The notes below the pieces were generated by a model. The model was not told where the DNA came from. It worked only from the letters and a program-made list of their open reading frames with translations, and did not search any database. Of a stretch of 64,000 nt of DNA, positions 57,594 through 64,000 are shown in pieces (positions within the stretch are counted from its first letter, which is position 1; each line of letters starts with the position of its first letter). A program made the position numbers and the translations under genes. Origin of the DNA: Patescibacteria group bacterium (GTDB lineage Bacteria > Patescibacteriota > Patescibacteriia > UBA2196); the NCBI GenBank assembly GCA_028748975.1, contig JAQTPI010000001.1, forward strand, positions 64,354 to 128,353, written 5' to 3'.

Positions 57594-57809
57594 TGTCATC
57601 CTGACGACCCCGAGGCCTCGGGGGAGGAAGGATCTCGTAAATATCCCCTCCTTTCGAAGGAGGGGTGCGAGCGAGAGCGAGCGGGGTGGTTGTGGTAGAA
57701 TATTTTTACAACCCCTCCGTTCCGCTGCGGCGGAACACCTCCCCTTCGAAAGGGGAGGATAACGACGAGATCCCTCGTCGTCCCGCGCCCGTGACTCCTC
57801 GGGATGACA
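57594..57809. repeat. composite TGTCAT...ATGACA element enclosing two CCCCTCC-type units
   Basis: terminal inverted repeats; internal 56 bp identical to 40113-40168 (inverted). Confidence 0.9.
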
Positions 57810-57824
57810 CCCCACTAAAACTTT

Positions 57825-59039
57825 ATGGACCCCAAAACCTACCAACCAACCCATAATTACCAACCTCCGGAAAAAGCCAAAAAAAGCAAAAAGGCCAAAT
57901 GGCTTGGCCGGTTGTTTTTTCTGGTTCTGATTGCCGCGGTCATCGTGGTGCTTTTTGGTTTTGTTTTGCCGACCGCGGAAGTGACTGTCTATTTTTCTTC
58001 CACGGATTTGAGCAAGGACTATGAAGTTGTTTTGGACCAAAATTTAAACAGTCCTGATTCCGCGCGGCTGTCACTCCCGGCGCGGGTCTATGAAGAAACA
58101 GGGGAGGAACAGAAAAAATTTCAAACCACCGGCAAAAAAGATATGGGCGACAAGGCCTCCGGCTCGGCCACTTTTTTCAACTATACCGGCCGGCCCTATC
58201 CTTTGACTCCGACCGTGGAATTAAATCATTCATCCGGAAAGATTTATATTTTAAAAAGCGAATTAACCATTCCCGCTGCCACCGTTTCCGATACTGGTGA
58301 AATTGTGCCCGGAAAAATTCAAGGCGATGTGGAAGGCAAGGATGCCGGCGATTCTTTCAACCAAGCCGCCGGCCGTCTTAATCTTTCCATTTTAACACCG
58401 GAACTGCAAAGCAAAGTTTACGCCGATGTTGGGGCAATCAGCGGCGGCACCAGTAAATTAGTGTCCGTAATTTCGCAGGAAGATTTGGACAATGCTCAAA
58501 ATGAATTAAGCAATACCCTGACTTTGAAATTGAAAACAAAAATTAGGGATCGCCTAAAAAAGAATGAAGAAATGATGCGCGATGAACTCACCAATTTTGA
58601 AATTTTGAGCTCGGAAAAAAGCGTGGAGCTGGACAAAGAAGCCAAGGACTTTGATATGAAAATTACGGGCAAACTCAAAACCCTCGCCTTTAATGAAACC
58701 GAATTGAAGAATTTTCTCAAAACCCGCAGTCTAACCGATTTGCCTTCGGACAAAATGATCGCGGAAGATGATTTGGGTGAACTGCAAATCGCGGTTGATC
58801 AGGCCGATTTCAGTTTGGGCGTGGCTAAATTGAAAGTCAAAGCGACCTATAAAACTTTCCCCAAAACCGATTTGAGTTCGCTCCGCGATAAAATCAAAGG
58901 CCTCTCGGAAGTGGACGCCCGCCGCCTAATTTTAGGCACGGAAAACATCCGCGATGTTCATTTCAGTTTTTCTTTCAATCTTTGGAACAAACTGCCGACC
59001 AATGTCAATAAAATAAAAATCAAGGTGGGGAACAAATAG
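57825..59039 (+). CDS. membrane-anchored protein with baseplate-J-like domain
   Basis: TM; KASGSATFFN..TIPAA..GDSFN..ISGGT; paralog of 6892-8022. Confidence 0.65.
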   Translation: MDPKTYQPTHNYQPPEKAKKSKKAKWLGRLFFLVLIAAVIVVLFGFVLPTAEVTVYFSSTDLSKDYEVVLDQNLNSPDSARLSLPARVYEETGEEQKKFQTTGKKDMGDKASGSATFFNYTGRPYPLTPTVELNHSSGKIYILKSELTIPAATVSDTGEIVPGKIQGDVEGKDAGDSFNQAAGRLNLSILTPELQSKVYADVGAISGGTSKLVSVISQEDLDNAQNELSNTLTLKLKTKIRDRLKKNEEMMRDELTNFEILSSEKSVELDKEAKDFDMKITGKLKTLAFNETELKNFLKTRSLTDLPSDKMIAEDDLGELQIAVDQADFSLGVAKLKVKATYKTFPKTDLSSLRDKIKGLSEVDARRLILGTENIRDVHFSFSFNLWNKLPTNVNKIKIKVGNK

Positions 59040-59092
59040 TGCGTTTTTTTACACAAGGAATAATAAAAACTCAAAAAACATGGAGGATTGTT

Positions 59093-59539
59093 ATGAAAAT
59101 TAGAATAGCTGTTGTGGTCATGGTCTTTTTTGAAGGCCGGATACTTATTGGTAAAAAACGTTCTGATTCTTCAAAATCGTTTGCTGGTAAATGGCATATT
59201 CCTGGTGGAGATTTAAAATCAGGAGAAAAACTTTTAACAGGCGCATGCAGAGAAATATCTGAGGAAACCGGCCTTAAAATTGATTCAAAAAAAATACGGC
59301 AGATTGATGTGATTGGTTTTCTTAAACCCGACCAAGATGAATTCGTAAATATTCTTTGGTTGTATACAAAATTAGAAGCGAAAACAGAAAAAGAACGAGC
59401 TGCAATTTTGAATGCCAAGCCCAATGGAGATTTAGAAGCAATTAAATGGATTTTACCAAAAGATATTTTTTGTGAGCTGGATATATTATCTTTAAGTAGA
59501 ATGCCAACTTCCGCTAAAGTACTCTTAGAGAAGATCTAA
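59093..59539 (+). CDS. NUDIX hydrolase
   Basis: Nudix box PGG...GE....ACREISEETG; GGAGG SD. Confidence 0.9.
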   Translation: MKIRIAVVVMVFFEGRILIGKKRSDSSKSFAGKWHIPGGDLKSGEKLLTGACREISEETGLKIDSKKIRQIDVIGFLKPDQDEFVNILWLYTKLEAKTEKERAAILNAKPNGDLEAIKWILPKDIFCELDILSLSRMPTSAKVLLEKI

Positions 59540-59666
59540 TTTTTATAGAGTAAAAATAACAAAAGCCAGTTGTTCCGACTGGCTTTTTATTTTCATTTGA
59601 CAAACTTTTTTATCGGCGTTAAGATAGAAATATATTCACAAATTATCAAACAAAAAGGAGGTAAAA

Positions 59667-60242
59667 ATGGGAGTGCCACAACAAGGCGACTGGAAGACCG
59701 TTGCCAAACCAGGATGGTTTGGTGAAGCAAAAAATGATATGTTGGCTCATTTTGACCAAGACTACGGCGCGGGAAACTGGCGCATTCGGCATCGCTTGGG
59801 ACCGCGTCTACTGAATCTACCAGAAGCATTGCGGCTGTATGAACTTTGTTATGAACTACACTTCCTTAATCCTAACACCAGATTTCTGTGGACAAAATTA
59901 TTTGAGCAGGCTTGTGAAGTTTGGACAGAATATGAATCAGACGTTGAATCGGGATTAGACTATAGTATCCAAAAAGCCAAAGCGCCCCACTACGAGGATG
60001 TTTCAATTCGTATCATTATGAAACAATATGGACACCAATTCGGGGGCGAACGATTAATCCGCGTCCGTGCTGACAGTAATGACGTAATTGGCATCGCCCT
60101 CAGTTCCATTCATATTCCGTTTGTTTTTCCGGAATTTATTGAAAGTGACGCGCACGGAGTTCAATGGTGGAATAGACACCGGGGGTCGCTGGAACACTTC
60201 TGGCACGCCAATAAAGAGCTTCAAGTTGCTTTCAAAAAATAA
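59667..60242 (+). CDS. hypothetical protein (islet)
   Basis: promoter 59597-59625, AGGAGG SD, terminator near 60258-60286. Confidence 0.8.
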   Translation: MGVPQQGDWKTVAKPGWFGEAKNDMLAHFDQDYGAGNWRIRHRLGPRLLNLPEALRLYELCYELHFLNPNTRFLWTKLFEQACEVWTEYESDVESGLDYSIQKAKAPHYEDVSIRIIMKQYGHQFGGERLIRVRADSNDVIGIALSSIHIPFVFPEFIESDAHGVQWWNRHRGSLEHFWHANKELQVAFKK

Positions 60243-60356
60243 GGTATGTAAGACATCGCGGAGCCATCATCGGTTCCGCCTTTTTATTTGAAAGTTATTT
60301 TCATTTGACAAACCTTTCCCCATGCTCTATAATTACCCTAGACCCTAATGTTTGGG

Positions 60357-60458
60357 GCTTATATTCTTACAATGGAATACTTCCTAAACCCGAAAGTTTT
60401 GGCTAACCTTAGCCAAAAATATGACTTTTGGGTGGTAGGTTTTGTAAGAAATATGAGC
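60357..60458 (+). ncRNA. candidate rod-shaped RNA after a consensus promoter, upstream of infA
   Basis: three nested stems; TTGACA-17-TATAAT at 60305-60333. Confidence 0.45.
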
Positions 60459-60567
60459 TATCCACAAAAGAAAGCTCGTATTTTTTTAGTGCTTTTTGTC
60501 ATTCCGAACTTGTTTCGGAATCTCAAAAGTAGATGCTGAAATAAATTCAGCATGACAAACAAAATAA

Positions 60568-60897
60568 ATGACTGAACCAATCAAAAAAGAAGAAGAAATA
60601 ATCACGCCCGCTCCTGTAACTCCGGTTAGTTCAACGGCGCCTGTTTCTGGTGATAATAATGAAGATTTTTCCCGTTTCAAAATCAATAAAAAGGGTTTTA
60701 TGGAAATTGACGGCGAAGTGGTGGAAACTCTGCCCAGCATCACTTTTAAGGTGCGCTTGGAAAACGACCACGAAGTTTTGGCCCGTCTTTCCGGCCGCAT
60801 GCGCCTGAATAAAATTATGCTTTTGCCTGGCGACCGGGTGCGCGTGGAAATGACACCTTATGATTTGAATAAAGGGAGGATTACGTATAGGTACTAA
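60568..60897 (+). CDS. infA: translation initiation factor IF-1 with N-terminal extension
   Basis: [31 protein letters not shown]. Confidence 0.96.
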   Translation: MTEPIKKEEEIITPAPVTPVSSTAPVSGDNNEDFSRFKINKKGFMEIDGEVVETLPSITFKVRLENDHEVLARLSGRMRLNKIMLLPGDRVRVEMTPYDLNKGRITYRY

Positions 60898-60992
60898 AAT
60901 AAAAACTCAAAACTCAGACAACAAAACCCAGAATATGATAACAATTCCATTTTTTGAGTTTTGCTAATTGGGTTTTGAGTTTTGAAATAATT

Positions 60993-61109
60993 ATGAAAGT
61001 CCAATCTTCGGTAAAAAAAATTTGCAAAGACTGTCAAACCCTGCGGCGCAAAAACCGCGTATTTGTGATTTGCAAAAAAAACCCGAAGCATAAGCAGAGA
61101 CAAGGCTAA
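60993..61109 (+). CDS. rpmJ: 50S ribosomal protein L36 (not in ORF track)
   Basis: hand translation [38 protein letters not shown]. Confidence 0.97.
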   Translation: MKVQSSVKKICKDCQTLRRKNRVFVICKKNPKHKQRQG

Positions 61110-61219
61110 ACTTAATAAATTAAGTAAGCACCAAATCCCAAATTCCAAAATACAAACAATTGGCGCTCCGCGCCAACCGTTTGGAACTTGGTGCTTGTAA
61201 TTTGTAATTTAAATATTTT

Positions 61220-61609
61220 ATGGCTCGTATCGCTGGTGTCAACCTACCCAATGATAAAAAAATTGATGTCGCTTTGACCTACCTTTATGGCATTGGTCTG
61301 ACTTTGGCGCTCAAAATTTTGGCCGACATGAAAGTTGACAGAAATAAGCGCGTCAAGGAATTAACCGATGACGAAGTTAATGGTTTGCGCAATGAAATTG
61401 AAAAAAAATACCGCGTGGAAGGTGAATTGCGCCGTGAAATTTTGGGCAACATCAAACGCTTGAAAGAAATTAGTTGCTATCGCGGCAGCCGCCATTCCAA
61501 AAATTTACCAGTCAGGGGCCAGCGCACCAAAACCAATTCCCGTACCGTGCGCGGCAACAAGCGTCACACCATGGGCTCGGGCCGCAAACCAGCCGGACAA
61601 AAAACCTAA
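61220..61609 (+). CDS. rpsM: 30S ribosomal protein S13
   Basis: [20 protein letters not shown]. Confidence 0.98.
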   Translation: MARIAGVNLPNDKKIDVALTYLYGIGLTLALKILADMKVDRNKRVKELTDDEVNGLRNEIEKKYRVEGELRREILGNIKRLKEISCYRGSRHSKNLPVRGQRTKTNSRTVRGNKRHTMGSGRKPAGQKT

Positions 61610-61641
61610 AGTTAATTTTTAATTTTCAATAAAATAAAAGT

Positions 61642-62205
61642 ATGTCAGACGAGGTGAAAAAAAATCAAGAAGAAACAGCTCCGGAAACAGCCGGTGTGGT
61701 TGCTAATGAAGAAAAAAAAGAAGGCAGCGAAGTAGTTGTTGAAAACTTGCCAGTGGAAGAAATGAAATTGGTTGAAAACAGTGAAGAAGGAAAATCTGGT
61801 AAAGAAAAAACAGTCACCGTTAAAGGCAAGAAGAAAAAGAAAAAGGAACCGTTTTTGCGCGGTGGCCGGGGACAGGTGCACATCAAATCTTCCTACAATA
61901 ACACCATAATTTCTGTCACCGATTTGAATGGCGCGCTTTTAGTTTGGGCTTCGGCTGGCAAATGCGGCTTTAAAGGGCCTAAAAAAGCCACGCCTTATGC
62001 CGCTGGCGTGATTGTTAAATCTTTAATTGATAATATTAAATCTTTTGGTATTAAAGAAGCGGAAGTTTTTGTTAAGGGCCTCGGCATGGGTCGTGAAGCC
62101 GCGGTTAGAGCTTTGGGAGTTAATGGCATCCAGGTTATTTCCATCAAAGATGTTACTCCAGTTGCCCATGGTGGAGTTCGAGCTAAAAAAGCGCGAAGAA
62201 TTTAA
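61642..62205 (+). CDS. rpsK: 30S ribosomal protein S11 with acidic N-terminal extension
   Basis: SYNNT, KKATPYAA, DVTPVAHGG. Confidence 0.97.
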   Translation: MSDEVKKNQEETAPETAGVVANEEKKEGSEVVVENLPVEEMKLVENSEEGKSGKEKTVTVKGKKKKKKEPFLRGGRGQVHIKSSYNNTIISVTDLNGALLVWASAGKCGFKGPKKATPYAAGVIVKSLIDNIKSFGIKEAEVFVKGLGMGREAAVRALGVNGIQVISIKDVTPVAHGGVRAKKARRI

Positions 62206-62310
62206 TAAATGCGAATTATTGGCGAATTACTTGCGAATTGTGCAAATAGCTACCAAATAATCTGTTCGCAAAATTCGCACAAAATTCGTAAGAATTCGTA
62301 TAAAGTTTTT

Positions 62311-62943
62311 ATGTCAAAAGTTCTTGGACCAAAATGCAGATTATGCCGTCGTCTTGGAGTAAAACTTTGCTCCAAAGGCGAGCGGGGCATGGGCGCTAAA
62401 TGCGCCTTGGTTCGCCGCGCCTATCCGCCGGGCGTGCATGGTCAAAAAGGCTATGGCCGTCTGACCGATTATGGTTTGCATCTGAAAGAAAAACAGAAAT
62501 TGAAAGTGCTTTATGGCATCATGGAGCGCCAGTTGCGCAAATATTTTGAAGAAGCCAAAAGATTCAAATCCAATACCAGCTTTAAATTGATTGAAACCTT
62601 GGAGCGTCGTTTTGATAATGTTGTTTTCCGCCTGGGGCTCGCCAGTTCCCGCCGTCAGGCGCGCCAGTTTGTCAATCATGGTCATTTCTTAATCAATGGC
62701 AAAAAAATGGATATCCCTTCCTATTTGGTGAAAAAGGGCGACGCCATCACTATTAAAAAAGCCAAAATGATGGAAAAAGGCCCCATGAGTGAAAATTTAA
62801 AAATGATTGCTAAAAAAGAAACGCCGGCTTGGTTAATTTGGAATGATGTTGAAAAGAAAGGCCAGATTATTGAAATGCCTTCGGGCAAAGATTTGGACGT
62901 CGGCGTGGACACCAAGTTGATTGTGGAACACTATTCTCGTTAA
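62311..62943 (+). CDS. rpsD: 30S ribosomal protein S4
   Basis: CRLCRR, PPGVHG, EKQK, ARQFVNHGH. Confidence 0.98.
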   Translation: MSKVLGPKCRLCRRLGVKLCSKGERGMGAKCALVRRAYPPGVHGQKGYGRLTDYGLHLKEKQKLKVLYGIMERQLRKYFEEAKRFKSNTSFKLIETLERRFDNVVFRLGLASSRRQARQFVNHGHFLINGKKMDIPSYLVKKGDAITIKKAKMMEKGPMSENLKMIAKKETPAWLIWNDVEKKGQIIEMPSGKDLDVGVDTKLIVEHYSR

Positions 62944-63006
62944 TTTTTAATTTATAAAAATTTATATAGATTTATTTTCAAATTTATGTAAATTTATTAA
63001 AAATAT

Positions 63007-63207
63007 ATGGAAAAAAACTTTGAAAACGACAAAAATCCAGAGCAGACCACTTATGTGGTCAGTGATAAATTAAGAGAAATTAACATGAAGAATCCCAAGG
63101 GAATTGAGATAGTTCATTCCGATGGAAAAAGGGAAATTTTAGATAATAGTATTAAAACTTTAAAAATGAAAGATGAAAACGGAAATGTAATATCGATCAT
63201 GAATTAA
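63007..63207 (+). CDS. AT-rich hypothetical protein inserted between rpsD and rpoA
   Basis: 66-aa ORF in an AT-rich spacer. Confidence 0.5.
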   Translation: MEKNFENDKNPEQTTYVVSDKLREINMKNPKGIEIVHSDGKREILDNSIKTLKMKDENGNVISIMN

Positions 63208-63251
63208 TTTAATAATTTTAATTGGCATTTAAAAATGCCGAAAATAAAAAT

Positions 63252-64000
63252 ATGGAAATAATCCCCATTGCCAAAAAAGTCGAATACCACGAAGTGGAAA
63301 AAAGCAAAGGACAAAAAGGTTCTTTCATCATTGAGCCCCTTTACCCGGGCTATGGTTTAACCGTGGGCAACGCCTTGCGCCGCGTGCTTTTATCGTCTCT
63401 CTCCGGCGCCGCCATTGTGGCCATCAAAATCAAAGGCGTGGATCATGAATTTTCCACCCTGGAATACGTCAAAGAAGATGTGGTTGATATTATCTTAAAT
63501 TTAAAACAAGTGCGGATTAAATTAGCGGACATTCCGACTGAGCCAATTAAAATAGTTTTGAATGCCAAGGGCGAAAAAGAAGTGACGGCCGGTGATTTTA
63601 GCAAAATGGCCGGCGTGGAAATTTTAAATCCGGATTTAAAAATTGTCACTTTAACCGACAAGGCCGCCAGTTTTGAACTGGAAGCTTATGTGGAATTTGG
63701 CCGCGGTTATGATCCGGTGGAAACCAGAGAGAAAAAAGATTATGAAGTGGGCGTGATGGCCATTGACGCGCTTTATAGTCCGGTTAAACGCGTTGGCTAT
63801 GAAATTGAAAATATGCGCGTGGGCGAAATGACCAACTGGGACAGAGTCACTTTAAATATTGAAACCGACGGTACCTCCGACTGCGAAGAGGTTTTTGCCA
63901 AAGCCGTCAGCATTTTGGTTGACCAGTTTTCCGCTTTAATGCCAGCGATGGAAGAAAAACCAGCAAAAGTAAAAAAAGGAAAAAAGGAAAAAGAGGAAAT
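63252..64000 (+). CDS. rpoA: RNA polymerase alpha subunit (runs off the window)
   Basis: hand translation IEPLYPGYGLTVGNALRRVLLSSL..HEFS..VKEDVVDIILNLK. Confidence 0.97.
   Translation, partial: MEIIPIAKKVEYHEVEKSKGQKGSFIIEPLYPGYGLTVGNALRRVLLSSLSGAAIVAIKIKGVDHEFSTLEYVKEDVVDIILNLKQVRIKLADIPTEPIKIVLNAKGEKEVTAGDFSKMAGVEILNPDLKIVTLTDKAASFELEAYVEFGRGYDPVETREKKDYEVGVMAIDALYSPVKRVGYEIENMRVGEMTNWDRVTLNIETDGTSDCEEVFAKAVSILVDQFSALMPAMEEKPAKVKKGKKEKEE

Noticed and set aside
6892-59039. Prophage suggested by two baseplate-J-like genes
   Set aside because: Both are solitary, membrane-anchored and among core genes; no capsid, terminase or integrase
60348-60539. 63-aa ORF upstream of infA
   Set aside because: No SD, overlaps a long hairpin and ends inside a TGTCAT repeat; RNA structure explains the region better
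45856-62310. N-terminal extensions in the ORF track for mraZ, the PBP gene, murF and rpsD (also hrcA, thrS, dnaE, prfA)
   Set aside because: They translate upstream repeats or promoter DNA; downstream ATGs match the family N-termini

Overview
64 kb of a bacterial chromosome, most likely a Patescibacteria (CPR) member. This is inferred from housekeeping genes without Shine-Dalgarno (SD) sites, short ThrRS and AlaRS, extended ribosomal proteins and CPR-type hypotheticals. The backbone is miaA, miaB, thrS, dnaE, rodA, rplY, a pilin, prmC-prfA-rpmE, rpsB-tsf, gap, a CIRCE-controlled hrcA-grpE-dnaK-dnaJ cluster, corA, a VirD4/TraG-like ATPase, mraZ-rsmH-ftsL-PBP-murF, alaS and infA-rpmJ-rpsM-rpsK-rpsD-rpoA. 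Three layers sit on top of it. (1) At 51967-54739, one promoter drives five unrelated small membrane or secreted ORFs. Three of the four spacers contain an identical 57-bp structured repeat, giving a cassette array with no recombinase in the window. This is the best candidate for an undescribed system. (2) About 17 self-contained islets (TTGACA-17-TAnnnT promoter, strong SD, unrecognisable ORF, terminator) are scattered among the SD-less core genes. (3) Several families of palindromic and short tandem repeats fill the spacers, nest inside each other and have inserted in frame into miaA, miaB, prmC, grpE, dnaK, dnaJ, rsmH, dnaE and alaS. Also seen are a degenerate serpin-like protein and two promoter-driven long RNA hairpins. 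No rRNA, tRNA, CRISPR array, transposase or integrase was recognised. All product calls come from motif recognition by eye, not database searches.
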